Part shown: positions 12,212 through 22,016 of the stretch, in pieces
Layout of the letters: each line of letters starts with the position of its first letter
How positions within the stretch are numbered: position 1 is the stretch's first letter
NCBI GenBank assembly: GCA_965223005.1
Contig: CBDCVK010000010.1
Coordinates: 736,001 to 800,000, forward strand
DNA: 64,000 nucleotides
Source: Terriglobia bacterium
GTDB lineage: Bacteria > Acidobacteriota > Terriglobia > JAJPHL01 > JAPKYU01
Direction: 5' to 3'
Notes under the pieces: model-generated
What the model saw: only the letters and a program-made list of their open reading frames with translations
What the model was told of the DNA's origin: nothing
The model's database searches: none
Made by a program: the position numbers and the translations under genes

Positions 12212-13138
12212 ATGCGGACTGAGCAACAAATCATTGCCCTTCTGCGACGCCTCAGAACCGGGAGCCCCGCAGTGGGAAATACCATCGTGGGTATTGGTGA
12301 CGATGCCGCCGTGTTGCGTCTTTCCCGCGACCGGGATCTGATTGTGACCACAGATCTGTTCGTCGAGGGAGTGCATTTCCAAAGCGATTGGCTATCGGCG
12401 TATGCAGCGGGTCGGCGGGCGCTAGGGCGTGCGCTCAGTGACATCTCGGCCATGGGTGGCCGACCTCATTGGGCTTTTCTCTCTTTGGGGCTGCCCCAAG
12501 AATTTGATTCGGCCTGGGCACGCAAGTTCCTGCGAGGGTTTGCCGCGGCGGCGCGCCAGTATCGGGTGCTTTTGGTCGGGGGAGATACCGGTTCCTCCGG
12601 CTCGCCAGTCTTCCTGGCAGACGCGATCCTCTGCGGAAGCGTGCCGCGAGGCACGGCGGTCTTGCGCTCCGGCGCACGGCCCGGCGATGTCCTGTTTGTT
12701 TCCGGGCGGCTGGGAGCCACAGCACGCGCGATCGACTCGGGGCTGCCGTTGCCACCCATCCGTCCACGCCTCTTGTTGGGCGAGTACCTTCGCCGCCGCC
12801 GCTTGGCTTCTGCCATGATTGACCTCAGCGATGGCCTCTCGACCGACCTGAGCCACTTGGCCAAGGAAAGCGGCACGGGAGCGGAAGTTGAGTTGATACG
12901 TCTGCCACGTTCCGGATCCGTAAAGCAGGCTCTCCACGGTGGTGAAGACTACGAGCTTCTGTTCTCTATGGCCCCCCACCGGGCGGCTAAGGTACCTCGC
13001 ACTTTGGCGGGCATTCCCCTGACCCATATCGGCCGCATTACTAAAACAACTGGAATCTCGCTTTTGCACCCAGACGGTCGCAGGGAAAAATTGTCACCGC
13101 AGGGTTGGGAGCACTTACGCCGGTCAAGCAGATCTTGA
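12212..13138 (+). CDS. thiL: thiamine-monophosphate kinase
   Basis: GIGDDAAV, TTDLFVEGVHF, SDISAMGG, GGDT, RSGARPGD, IDLSDGL, GGEDYEL. Confidence 0.96.
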   Translation: MRTEQQIIALLRRLRTGSPAVGNTIVGIGDDAAVLRLSRDRDLIVTTDLFVEGVHFQSDWLSAYAAGRRALGRALSDISAMGGRPHWAFLSLGLPQEFDSAWARKFLRGFAAAARQYRVLLVGGDTGSSGSPVFLADAILCGSVPRGTAVLRSGARPGDVLFVSGRLGATARAIDSGLPLPPIRPRLLLGEYLRRRRLASAMIDLSDGLSTDLSHLAKESGTGAEVELIRLPRSGSVKQALHGGEDYELLFSMAPHRAAKVPRTLAGIPLTHIGRITKTTGISLLHPDGRREKLSPQGWEHLRRSSRS

Positions 13139-13308
13139 GTGGGGGCGGCAAGGCACGTCTTGAGGGTGTTTCCAAACCGGGCTTGCCACTTCGGCCGGGG
13201 TTTGCTACCTCGGGAAAAAGTCGTATTGCGAGGACATATCTGACAGTGACTTTATACAAGTAACTAATATATATGTAAGTTATTGTAAAAAAATATTTAA
13301 TCAAGCAC

Positions 13309-13337
13309 TTGACAGTGGTTTACGCATATATTATACT
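13309..13337 (+). promoter_or_regulatory. sigma70-type promoter of dnaK operon
   Basis: TTGACA (13309-13314), 17-bp spacer, TATACT (13332-13337), preceded by an AT-rich UP-like tract. Confidence 0.8.
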
Positions 13338-13385
13338 GTGGCGTTGCTAAGTAGCCCAGCCCTTAGCTTGGCGGCCAGTACCACT

Positions 13386-13422
13386 GCTAGATTTGAAACA
13401 AGGCTAGGCTAGATTTGAAACA
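13386..13422 (+). repeat. 15-bp perfect direct repeat in dnaK leader
   Basis: gctagatttgaaaca at 13386-13400 and 13408-13422, immediately before the AGGAG SD. Confidence 0.85.
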
Positions 13423-13434
13423 CAGGAGAAACCA

Positions 13435-15348
13435 ATGAGCAAGATCATCGGAATTGACTTGGGTACGACCAACTCGGCAGTGGCGGTTACAGAAGGTGGC
13501 GAGCCAGCTGTGATCGCTAACCAGGAAGGGACCCGCACAACCCCTTCGGTGGTCGCCTTCGCCAAGACCGGAGAGCAGTTGGCGGGTCAAGTGGCTAAGC
13601 GGCAATCCATTACCAACCCGGAGAACACGGTCTATTCCATCAAGCGCTTCATGGGCCGCCGCCTCGAAGAGGTGACCGAAGAAATGAAGATGGTGCCTTA
13701 CAAGGTGGAGCAGAGCCCAAACGGCGCCGCCCGGGTTTCGGCCGGCGGCAAAGAATGGACCCCACCGGAAATCTCGGCCATGATCTTGCGCAAGCTGAAG
13801 GAGGCCGCCGAGGCTCATCTGGGCACCAAGGTGACCGACGCCGTCATCACCGTTCCCGCCTATTTCAACGACTCGCAACGTCAGGCCACCAAAGATGCGG
13901 GGCAGATCGCGGGCCTCGACGTGAAGCGCATCATCAACGAGCCGACGGCGGCCGCCTTGGCCTACGGGCTGGATAAAAAGCAAGACCAGATCATCGCCGT
14001 CTACGACTTCGGTGGTGGCACCTTCGACATCTCCATCCTGGAGGTGGGCGAAGGTGTGGTGGAAGTGAAGTCCACCAACGGCGACACGCACCTGGGCGGC
14101 GACAACATTGACCAGGTGGTCATTGATTGGATCGTCGACGAGTTCCGCCGGGACCAGGGAATTGACCTTTCCAAGGACAAGATGGCTCTGCAGCGGCTGA
14201 AGGAAGCAGCCGAGAAGGCCAAGGTCGAGCTGAGTTCGGTGCTGGAGACCGAGGTCAATCTGCCCTTCATCACTGCTGACGCCAGCGGGCCAAAGCACCT
14301 GGTGCTGAAACTGACCCGGGCTCGGCTGGAGCAGATGGTCGAGCCCCTGATCCAGCGCTCGATGGAGCCCTGCAAAACCGCGCTCGACGACGCCGGCTTG
14401 ACGCCCGACAAGATTGACCAAGTGGTGCTGGTGGGTGGCCAGACCCGCATGCCCCGCGTCCAGCAGCTGGTGAAGGAAGTTTTCGGACGAGAGCCGCACA
14501 AGGGGGTCAATCCCGACGAAGTCGTCGCAGTGGGAGCCGCCGTGCAGGGAGGCGTGCTGGGCGGCGAGGTCAAGGACGTGCTGTTGCTCGACGTGACTCC
14601 ACTGACCCTGGGCGTCGAGACGCTGGGTGGGGTCATGACCAAGATGATTGAGCGCAACACCACCATCCCCACCCGCAAGACCGAAATCTTCTCCACCGCC
14701 TCGGACAACCAGGGTTCGGTGGAAATCCGCGTCCACCAAGGCGAGCGAGCTATGTCCCGCGACAACCGCCTGCTGGGCGTATTCCAGCTAGTGGGAATTC
14801 CGGCAGCCCCGCGCGGCATTCCGCAAATCGAAGTGACCTTCGATATTGACGTCAACGGCATTCTCAACGTGCAGGCGAAAGACCTGGGTACGGGCAAGGA
14901 GCAGAAGATCACCATCACCTCCTCGAGCGGCTTGAGTAAAGAGGAAGTCGCGAAGATGGCGCGCGAAGCCGAAGCGCACACCGCAGAGGACGCCCAGCAC
15001 CGTGAGGAGGTCGAAGCCCGCAACCGCGCTGACGCGCTCGTCTATTCCACTGAGAAGGTGATGAACGAGAACCGCGACAAGATCAGCGAAGCCGACGCCC
15101 GCAACATTGAGGCCGCGCTGGCTGAGACCAAGAAAGTGATGCAATCCGGCAGCGTGGACGAAATCCATCGGGCTGTGGACGGGCTGACAACCGCTACTCA
15201 CAAGCTAGCGGAAGCTTTGTACGTGCAGCAAACACCAACCGAGACCGCGCCCGGCGGCTCCGAGGAAAAGACCGAGGGCCAAGACAAGAAAAAGGACGGT
15301 GAAGTCATTGACGCCGAGTTTGTCGATGTAGACGATGAGAAAAAATAA
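13435..15348 (+). CDS. dnaK: chaperone DnaK
   Basis: [36 protein letters not shown]. Confidence 0.99.
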   Translation: MSKIIGIDLGTTNSAVAVTEGGEPAVIANQEGTRTTPSVVAFAKTGEQLAGQVAKRQSITNPENTVYSIKRFMGRRLEEVTEEMKMVPYKVEQSPNGAARVSAGGKEWTPPEISAMILRKLKEAAEAHLGTKVTDAVITVPAYFNDSQRQATKDAGQIAGLDVKRIINEPTAAALAYGLDKKQDQIIAVYDFGGGTFDISILEVGEGVVEVKSTNGDTHLGGDNIDQVVIDWIVDEFRRDQGIDLSKDKMALQRLKEAAEKAKVELSSVLETEVNLPFITADASGPKHLVLKLTRARLEQMVEPLIQRSMEPCKTALDDAGLTPDKIDQVVLVGGQTRMPRVQQLVKEVFGREPHKGVNPDEVVAVGAAVQGGVLGGEVKDVLLLDVTPLTLGVETLGGVMTKMIERNTTIPTRKTEIFSTASDNQGSVEIRVHQGERAMSRDNRLLGVFQLVGIPAAPRGIPQIEVTFDIDVNGILNVQAKDLGTGKEQKITITSSSGLSKEEVAKMAREAEAHTAEDAQHREEVEARNRADALVYSTEKVMNENRDKISEADARNIEAALAETKKVMQSGSVDEIHRAVDGLTTATHKLAEALYVQQTPTETAPGGSEEKTEGQDKKKDGEVIDAEFVDVDDEKK

Positions 15349-15407
15349 CCATCCGGCGTCAGCTTCCAGACGTTCGCCCTGAAGAGCCTCTTGCGGCGAT
15401 AGGAACC

Positions 15408-15428
15408 CTAGAGTGGCTTAGCCTATAG
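15408..15428. promoter_or_regulatory. HAIR-like (HspR operator) candidate
   Basis: CTAGAGT-N7-CCTATAG compared with HAIR CTTGAGT-N7-ACTCAAG; lies upstream of dnaJ-hspR. Confidence 0.35.
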
Positions 15429-15486
15429 GCACCCTCGGACACTGGGCCCGCGGCCAGGCCACCTAGCCTAGGACCGTTTGTTGGAA

Positions 15487-16674
15487 ATGGCTACCACGAC
15501 CAAACAGGATTACTACGAGACGCTCGGCGTCGGGCGGAAAGCCAGCGTTCAAGAGCTTCGCAAGGCTTACAAGCGGCTGGCCCGGAAACACCATCCTGAC
15601 CTGAACCCTGGTGACAAGGTGGCCGAGGAGCGCTTTAAGCGTATCCAGGAAGCCTACGATGTGCTGAGCGACCCCAAGAAGCGGCGAATGTACGACCAGG
15701 TCGGCTTCTACTCCGAGCAAGGCATGCCGCCCCGGTGGGGTTCTCGCCCGGGACAGGCGCCACCCGACTTCGATTTCTCCGGCTACGATTTTTCCAACAT
15801 CTTCAGGGGAGGCGCGGCGCGAGGGGGGCGCTCGGCCGGCACGGCAGGCGTCGGCGAAGGCCTGCGGGATTTGTTTTCGCAGTTTTTCTCGCCCCGTGCC
15901 GCCGGCGTCCCGGAACCTGCCCCGGCTCGCGGGGAAGATCTGGAATACGAAGTTCCGGTGGGCTTCTGGGAGGCGATCCGCGGTACCGTAACGCGACTGT
16001 ACGTGCCTCGCCACCAGACCTGCCAGGCGTGTGGCGGGAGCGGGACCCCCGGGGGGGGGACCGCGGCGGCCATCTGCCCGGAATGCCGGGGTAGCGGCCA
16101 GGTCACCCAGGCCGCCGGCGCCATGCGCTTTCAGTTGGGCTGCCCTCGCTGCCGGGGAACAGGCAAACTGCCGGACACCTGCCCAGCCTGTCACGGGGAA
16201 GGTCGCACTCCCCAATCCGACTCCCTGGAGGTGCGCATCGCGGCCGGCACCCAGAGCGGCAGCCGACTGCGCGTCGGCGCCAAGGGGAATGCTGGCGTTG
16301 GAGGCGGTCCGCCAGGCGACTTGTTCATCGTCGTGCGCATCGAGCCGCATTCCTACTTTCGCCGCGAGGGAGACGACATCCATATCACCGTCCCCATCAC
16401 GGTCAGCGAGGCGGCGCTGGGCGCCAAGATCGAGGTGCCCACCATTGACGGACGGGCGCTGTTGCGGGTCGCGCCCGGCACCCAGAGCGGGCAGAAGTTC
16501 CGCCTCCGCGAGCGCGGTGTGCTGTCGGCGCGCACCCGCCGGCGTGGCGATCAATACGTGGAGGTGCGAGTCCAGGTCCCTCGCATCCGCGACGAGCGCT
16601 CCAAGGAGATTCTGCGCGAACTGTCCCGGTTGAATCCGGAGGACCCGCGCGCCAGCCTCTTCACTCAGGAATAG
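15487..16674 (+). CDS. dnaJ: chaperone DnaJ
   Basis: J domain with HPD, G/F region, four CxxCxGxG repeats, GDQYV C-terminal domain. Confidence 0.97.
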   Translation: MATTTKQDYYETLGVGRKASVQELRKAYKRLARKHHPDLNPGDKVAEERFKRIQEAYDVLSDPKKRRMYDQVGFYSEQGMPPRWGSRPGQAPPDFDFSGYDFSNIFRGGAARGGRSAGTAGVGEGLRDLFSQFFSPRAAGVPEPAPARGEDLEYEVPVGFWEAIRGTVTRLYVPRHQTCQACGGSGTPGGGTAAAICPECRGSGQVTQAAGAMRFQLGCPRCRGTGKLPDTCPACHGEGRTPQSDSLEVRIAAGTQSGSRLRVGAKGNAGVGGGPPGDLFIVVRIEPHSYFRREGDDIHITVPITVSEAALGAKIEVPTIDGRALLRVAPGTQSGQKFRLRERGVLSARTRRRGDQYVEVRVQVPRIRDERSKEILRELSRLNPEDPRASLFTQE

Positions 16675-16677
16675 GCG

Positions 16678-17067
16678 ATGCCCCGAGCACGACGCGACCG
16701 AGCGGCCTACATGATTTCGGCAGTGGCTAAGCAGTACGACATCCACCCACAAACCCTGCGCCTGTACGAGCGCGAAGGGCTCTTGAAACCCTCCCGCACT
16801 GAGGGCAACACCCGCCTGTACACGAATGAGGATCTGGAGCAGCTGGAAACCATCCTGGCGCTGACTCGTGACCTGGGAGTGAATCTGGCCGGAGTGGAGA
16901 TCATCCTGGACATGCGGGAGAAGATGATGGAGATGCAGCGACAGACCCAGGAGTTCGTCGAGTTTGTGCGCCGCGAATGGTTCGACCGCGGCGCCGAGAA
17001 CGAGCAGCGTCTCAAGAACGCCCTGGTGCGGGTCAGCTCCCCAAAGGTTATCCCTACCAAGAAGTAG
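16678..17067 (+). CDS. hspR: MerR-family heat-shock repressor HspR
   Basis: YMISAVA..IHPQTLRLYEREGLLKPSRTEGNTRLY..LGVNLAGVEII; follows dnaJ. Confidence 0.9.
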   Translation: MPRARRDRAAYMISAVAKQYDIHPQTLRLYEREGLLKPSRTEGNTRLYTNEDLEQLETILALTRDLGVNLAGVEIILDMREKMMEMQRQTQEFVEFVRREWFDRGAENEQRLKNALVRVSSPKVIPTKK

Positions 17068-17192
17068 CGCCCTGCCCTCGCGCCAGACACCGGTCATGTC
17101 GGCAGCAAGGGCCGAGGGGACGCGTATTTGACTCACTGCCTGTTTCCGCATACCATCTCGGTTTCCCAGACCGCGCAGCCAAGGAGCCAGCG

Positions 17193-18131
17193 ATGCCCGC
17201 AAATATCCTGGTGGTGGACGAAGACGAACTGATCCTCCAGATGCTGGACAAGGCCTTGCGGAAGAGCGGCTACGAGACTTTCACCACCACCGACCCCTTT
17301 CAGGCGCTGCAGAGGCTCGATGAAACCAGCTTTGACGCCGCCATTTTGGACGTCAAGCTGGAGCGCATCAGCGGGCTGAAGGTGTTGGAGCGCATCAAAG
17401 CCCATGATGAAACCATCCAGGTGATCATTTTAGCCGGGGCCGAGAAGGAGCGCTTTGAAACGGCGCTGGCGGCGCTTCGCATGGGCGCTCACGACTTCCT
17501 GATGAAACCCATGCGCAATATCCAGGACTTGCTGGCTTCGGTAGATCGGGCGGTGGAAAAGCGGCGGCTGGCCTACAACCTCAAGGAACTGGCCCACGGC
17601 CTGGAGCAGATGAGCAATACCGACACTCTGACCGGGCTGAGCAATCGGCGCCACTTCTTCGACTGGCTGTCACATGAGTTCCTGCGAACCAAGCGCTACT
17701 TGCGCCCGATCGGGTGCATGCTGATTGCCATTGACCACTTTGATGAGCTACGGCGAGACCGCGGGCCGCAGTGCGCCGATTACGTCGTTTCCGAGGTTGC
17801 CCGGCTGCTTTCCCGCATCAGCCGCGGCACCGACAAGCTGGGCCGCTATGGCGGCAATGAGTTCATCATGGCCCTCCCCGAGACTGAGAAAAGCACCGTA
17901 CTGGCGGCCGCCGAAAAGGTACGCCGGGCCGTGGAAAACCACTCCTTCGCCTTTGGCGGGAAGAAACTTTCCGTTACCGCCGGCATCGGCGTCTCCCACA
18001 CGAAAACCTTCATTTCCATCGGCACTCTGACCGGGCTGGCCATGAGCGCTCTGGAGAAAGCTCAGCAGGCGGGCGGAAACAGCGTTCACCTTGAGATGGG
18101 GGAGCCGGCCTCAGGCAAAGCCCCCCATTAG
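17193..18131 (+). CDS. response regulator receiver + degenerate GGDEF domain protein
   Basis: REC (ILVVDED..AILDVKL..DFLMKP), DTLTGLSNRR, RGTD I-site, GGNEF; ATG at 17193 with AAGGAG. Confidence 0.9.
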   Translation: MPANILVVDEDELILQMLDKALRKSGYETFTTTDPFQALQRLDETSFDAAILDVKLERISGLKVLERIKAHDETIQVIILAGAEKERFETALAALRMGAHDFLMKPMRNIQDLLASVDRAVEKRRLAYNLKELAHGLEQMSNTDTLTGLSNRRHFFDWLSHEFLRTKRYLRPIGCMLIAIDHFDELRRDRGPQCADYVVSEVARLLSRISRGTDKLGRYGGNEFIMALPETEKSTVLAAAEKVRRAVENHSFAFGGKKLSVTAGIGVSHTKTFISIGTLTGLAMSALEKAQQAGGNSVHLEMGEPASGKAPH

Positions 18132-18279
18132 CCCGCAGTGAAAGATCAGAACTGCTCTCTGGAAAAAGAGCGCCTTCGCTGGATCAGGGGTTTCGAACAA
18201 ATTCGAACAAAGATGAGAGGGTCTCTCAGGGGGCAGGATTGTACGGCAACGACCTGCGGGTAACGAGGTGGGGAGCCGA

Positions 18280-18612
18280 CTAGGAGGGTGAGCCTTCTTC
18301 CGGGGTCCGGACGAATTCGTAATTTTCGATGACCGCGCCCACGCCGACCCTGTTCTCTCCTTCCTCGATCACTCGCACTACTCTGGAAAGGCAACGCAGC
18401 AGCACCGGCTTGCCGGTGACTTCGGAGGGTAACTGCAGCGTCAGATTCATCCGCGTTCCCTCATCCAGCGGCTGGTCCAGCTCCAGGAAGAGCCCTTTGG
18501 AGCTGACATCGCGTGTCCAGGTCTCAATTGGGCCGGGTAGCTCGTCAGCGCCCATGGAGTCCACCTGGGCTTTCATCCGGAATGAATATCGGTTCGCTCG
18601 CCTTTTGTCCAT
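18280..18612 (-). CDS. stand-alone PilZ domain protein
   Basis: RANR (RxxxR: RRANR) and DVSSKG (D/NxSxxG) motifs; GGAGG upstream. Confidence 0.88.
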   Translation of the reverse strand: MDKRRANRYSFRMKAQVDSMGADELPGPIETWTRDVSSKGLFLELDQPLDEGTRMNLTLQLPSEVTGKPVLLRCLSRVVRVIEEGENRVGVGAVIENYEFVRTPEEGSPS

Positions 18613-18958
18613 CCTCTCCTCCCGAGGGGAAATCCGCCTAGTCCTGCGGAAACTGCTCTTGAGTGCCCCACTGGCGACAGGGGAAGCCCGAGCATATCGG
18701 CTTTCTCGGACTGGCGCAAGAGCCGGGAAGGACCATTTGGGGGGGGGTACGAAAGTCCTTGTAGTAATGGGGCGACAACTTTATTGGCGGTCTGCACTCC
18801 ACCCTTTCCAAGCACTGCAGCCCGAGCCTTATAGCGGCGAAATGAGTTGCGGTTTCAATTTTTGTCTGCGTGCTTCTGTGCTACTCTCTGCTCCAGCGGC
18901 CTGCTCCAGCGGCAGGTCGTGGTTGCAACCGTAGGGCAGGAGAGGCGAGGAGGACGCC

Positions 18959-19507
18959 ATGGCGTTTTGCAGCAATTGTGGAAACGAGGTTACTGCCGCC
19001 GGAGGCTTTTGTCCGAAGTGCGGGCAGCAGGTGAGCGCGAGCGCGCCCGGCACCACCCAACCAGCAGCCCAACCCGGACCGTCCGGCACGACCCAGCAGG
19101 CAGCCCAACCGGGTACCCCGAGCACGACCCAGCCGACGGCGCAAGCAGGTGCGGGCGGTGGCCAGCTCACGAGCAACGTCGCTGGCCTGTTGTGCTACGT
19201 GTTGTCACCGATCACCGGAATCCTGTTCCTGGTCCTCGAACCTTACAATCGGGACCCCTTTGTCCGCTTCCATGCCTTCCAATCCCTCTTCTTCTTAGCT
19301 GCAATCATAGTTCTGATCATTGCAGCTGGAGTGCTGAGCGCTGTGTTGTCCGTAATTCCCGTTTTAGGGTGGATTCTGGGGTTGGTCCTGTTCTTGGTTC
19401 TTCCGTTGGGGCTTATGGTCCTGTGGGTGGTGCTGATGGTCCAGGCATATCAAAACAAGAAGTGGAAGCTTCCCGTGGTCGGTGACCTGGCCGAAAAGCA
19501 GGTCTGA
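18959..19507 (+). CDS. zinc-ribbon + DUF4870-like membrane protein
   Basis: FCSNCG..FCPKCG, repetitive linker, GLLCY..DPFVRFHAFQS..AYQNKKWKLPVVGD. Confidence 0.88.
   Translation: MAFCSNCGNEVTAAGGFCPKCGQQVSASAPGTTQPAAQPGPSGTTQQAAQPGTPSTTQPTAQAGAGGGQLTSNVAGLLCYVLSPITGILFLVLEPYNRDPFVRFHAFQSLFFLAAIIVLIIAAGVLSAVLSVIPVLGWILGLVLFLVLPLGLMVLWVVLMVQAYQNKKWKLPVVGDLAEKQV
19046..19145 (+). repeat. about 3 x 36-bp coding repeat (GTTQPAAQPGPS-like linker)
   Basis: GTTQPAAQPGPS / GTTQQAAQPGTP / STTQPTAQ. Confidence 0.7.
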
Positions 19508-19647
19508 GCCGCTAGAACATCCTTCACTCTGTGCCGCCAGCCAGTTTTGTGCTTGCACGCCAGCCGCGGATCAGTTATGACTAGGTGCTTTTCGCTCCGC
19601 ATGTCGTGCGCGCGGAGCTGGGGGCGCCGCCCGAGCGCCTGTCGGCC

Positions 19648-20607
19648 ATGAGGCTGCGGGTTTTCTTTCACGATCGCTGTTTTGATGGAGCGGCGTCAGC
19701 CGCTGTGTTCAGTCGCTTCTACGCCACCAAGATTCACCCCGACGCGGAATTTGTCTATACCGGCCTGGCACACCGGGCTTCGCAGCTGTTCGACGAAGCC
19801 AAGTTTAATGGGGACGAGAACGCCATTGTGGACTTCAAGTATTGCAGCTCACCCCGGCTCACCTGGTGGTTTGACCACCATCAAAGCGCCTTCCTGACTC
19901 CCGAAGACGCCCAGCACTTCCAGCAGGACCGCAGCGGAAAGAAATTCTATGACCCCAGCTACAAGTCCTGCACGAAGTTTGTCGCCGCGGTGGCCGAGGA
20001 GCGGTTCGGTTTCCAGGCGCCCGAGCTGGCTGAGCTGATCCAGTGGGCCGACGTCATTGATGGAGCACAATATTCGGATTCTGCCGCGGCTGTGAAGCTG
20101 GAAACACCAGCCATGCAATTGTCGTTGGTCATCGAAAACAGCCCGGACAACGCTCTGCCCTCCCGCCTGATCCCCATGATGGCCTCCCACAGCTTGCAAG
20201 ACATCATACAGAACCCGGAGATTGCCAACCTGTTCCGGCCCCTGTACCGTCGCCACCTGGATTCCATGGAAGTGATTCGGCAGCACGCTCGTTGCGATCG
20301 CGGCGTGGTGTTTTTCGATGTCAGCGGCCTGAAGATGGAAGGCTACAGCAAGTTCATTCCCTACCACCTGTTCCCCGAGGCGGTTTACAGCGTCAGTATC
20401 AGCCCCTCCTCGTTCCGCACGAAAATCTCGGTGGGTTCCAATCCCTGGAACACCCCGCCGCGGATGCACAACCTGGCCACGATCTGTGAGCGCTACGGAG
20501 GCGGTGGCCATGCCCGGGTGGGAGCCATCAGCTTCGAGCCGGGGGCTCTGGAGCGTGCGCGCCAGGCGGCCCAGGAGATTGTCGAGGAGTTACAGAAACC
20601 AGCCTAA
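19648..20607 (+). CDS. DHH/DHHA1 family phosphoesterase
   Basis: HDRCFDG, IVDF, WFDHH, GGGGHARVGA. Confidence 0.9.
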   Translation: MRLRVFFHDRCFDGAASAAVFSRFYATKIHPDAEFVYTGLAHRASQLFDEAKFNGDENAIVDFKYCSSPRLTWWFDHHQSAFLTPEDAQHFQQDRSGKKFYDPSYKSCTKFVAAVAEERFGFQAPELAELIQWADVIDGAQYSDSAAAVKLETPAMQLSLVIENSPDNALPSRLIPMMASHSLQDIIQNPEIANLFRPLYRRHLDSMEVIRQHARCDRGVVFFDVSGLKMEGYSKFIPYHLFPEAVYSVSISPSSFRTKISVGSNPWNTPPRMHNLATICERYGGGGHARVGAISFEPGALERARQAAQEIVEELQKPA

Positions 20608-20608
20608 G

Positions 20609-21430
20609 CTACGTTCCAGGCGGCATCCATTGTAATTTGGCAGACTGAACACCCACCCATGAGACATAGGGGAACAGCGCGCTCCAGTGAACAACACTGA
20701 CGGTTCCTTCACTTTCTCCTGCCGCATCCCTGGACTTTACCGAGAGCACACCGGACAGCGTCGAGCCAGGACGAAAAGAAATCCACTGACCTTCACTGGT
20801 AGCGTTCCACTCGATTGCACCCTCGCGTCTCACTTCGCCCGCCTGAAAACTGAACCGTAAGTCAGAACGGTTCAGCCACAAGGTCCGATCGCTTCTGTTG
20901 TGTAGGACGACCGAGAAAGTCAAGTTTGTCAACGTGCCAGTCCTCATCACCTTAATCGTCAGCCCTTTCCTGCTCTCCTCGCTGAGCCGGCGAAGAAAGT
21001 CCGAAAAGGATGACAGGGAGAAGTCGTCCAGAGTGCGTTCCTCGATAAAGAGATTCAATCTGCCCGCGTCCAGACTACTCCAGCGAGCTTTCTGGAAATA
21101 TTCGTGTCCCGCGGGCAGTCGCTGCAGCAGGACGATTCTGCGCTCGCCCGCTCGATAGGAAGGCCCCACCCACGCGCTCGCTCCAAAGCGGATGACCCGT
21201 CCGAGGTTGAGGCTCCCTTTCACAGACTTGAGCACCTTGGCCTCGGCGTACATGGGACCATCCGCAGCCGTTGCAGTGTAGTCAGTTGAAACAATCTCCA
21301 CCGTGACGATCTCGTCAGCTTGTTTGACAAGTTCCTCTGGCGAGAAGCTACGTGCTGCTGCAGCTCCTGAGCCGCAAGCAAGCATCCCGAGCAACGCGGC
21401 AGTCGCTGCCTTGGACTTCCTGTTTCTCAT
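20609..21430 (-). CDS. exported hypothetical protein
   Basis: Signal-peptide-like MRNRKSKAATAALLGMLACG..AAA; EELVKQADEIV pattern; no family recognised. Confidence 0.7.
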   Translation of the reverse strand: MRNRKSKAATAALLGMLACGSGAAAARSFSPEELVKQADEIVTVEIVSTDYTATAADGPMYAEAKVLKSVKGSLNLGRVIRFGASAWVGPSYRAGERRIVLLQRLPAGHEYFQKARWSSLDAGRLNLFIEERTLDDFSLSSFSDFLRRLSEESRKGLTIKVMRTGTLTNLTFSVVLHNRSDRTLWLNRSDLRFSFQAGEVRREGAIEWNATSEGQWISFRPGSTLSGVLSVKSRDAAGESEGTVSVVHWSALFPYVSWVGVQSAKLQWMPPGT

Positions 21431-21575
21431 TCGTTGCAGATACAGCAGGGCTGGGGGCCCGGCCGGGGAGGACCGCTTGCTGACGCGCACGGCTCTGTAT
21501 TTTCAACGCGCTTCCCGAGCCACGAGCGTGAGCGAGTGGTCATGAACTTTTGTAGCGAATTTCTGGGACGCGACG

Positions 21576-21914
21576 CTACTTAGGAGGGGTTCCTGAAGAG
21601 TCCTTCGTTTTGCTCTCCGATTTAGGGGTCGTCTTGCTGTCCGCGGCCTCGCTCTTGCTGCTCTTGTCGTCCTTGCTCTTCTTGCCCTCCTTGGCGTCGC
21701 CGTCGCCCGAGGAGGAGGCCTCCTTTCCGCTCGACTTGCGAGCGTAATCGGTGACGTACCACCCGGTGCCCTTGAACTGAAAGGCAGACGCGGAGATCAG
21801 ACGGCTGACCGTTCCACCGCAAGACCGGCAGGTCTCAGCCGGCGGGTCGCTGAACTTTTGCATCAGCTCAAACCGCCGCTTGCACTGGTGGCATTCATAT
21901 TCGTACAGCGGCAT
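21576..21914 (-). CDS. FmdB-family zinc-ribbon protein
   Basis: MPLYEYECHQC..CRSCGG..FQFKGTGWYVTDY, then low-complexity S/K tail. Confidence 0.93.
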   Translation of the reverse strand: MPLYEYECHQCKRRFELMQKFSDPPAETCRSCGGTVSRLISASAFQFKGTGWYVTDYARKSSGKEASSSGDGDAKEGKKSKDDKSSKSEAADSKTTPKSESKTKDSSGTPPK

Positions 21915-22016
21915 TCTTCAATTCTACCATGCGGGTGCGAGATCTTTACCGGTAGGGTGAGCGCGTGTAAGCTTGCCAGCAGCCCCCCGGCCACAAACGG
22001 CAGAGGAGATTTCCTA

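Noticed and set aside
12140-12212. TPP riboswitch expected near thiL, thiE or the ThDP enzyme
   Set aside because: No CUGAGA..ACCUGA signature seen upstream of these genes
18613-18950. Possible c-di-GMP riboswitch upstream of the PilZ gene
   Set aside because: No GEMM-type GGCAAA / GACGCAAA core found on either strand
21576-21914. FmdB-family protein as a second selenoprotein
   Set aside because: All four motif positions are ordinary Cys codons; no in-frame TGA
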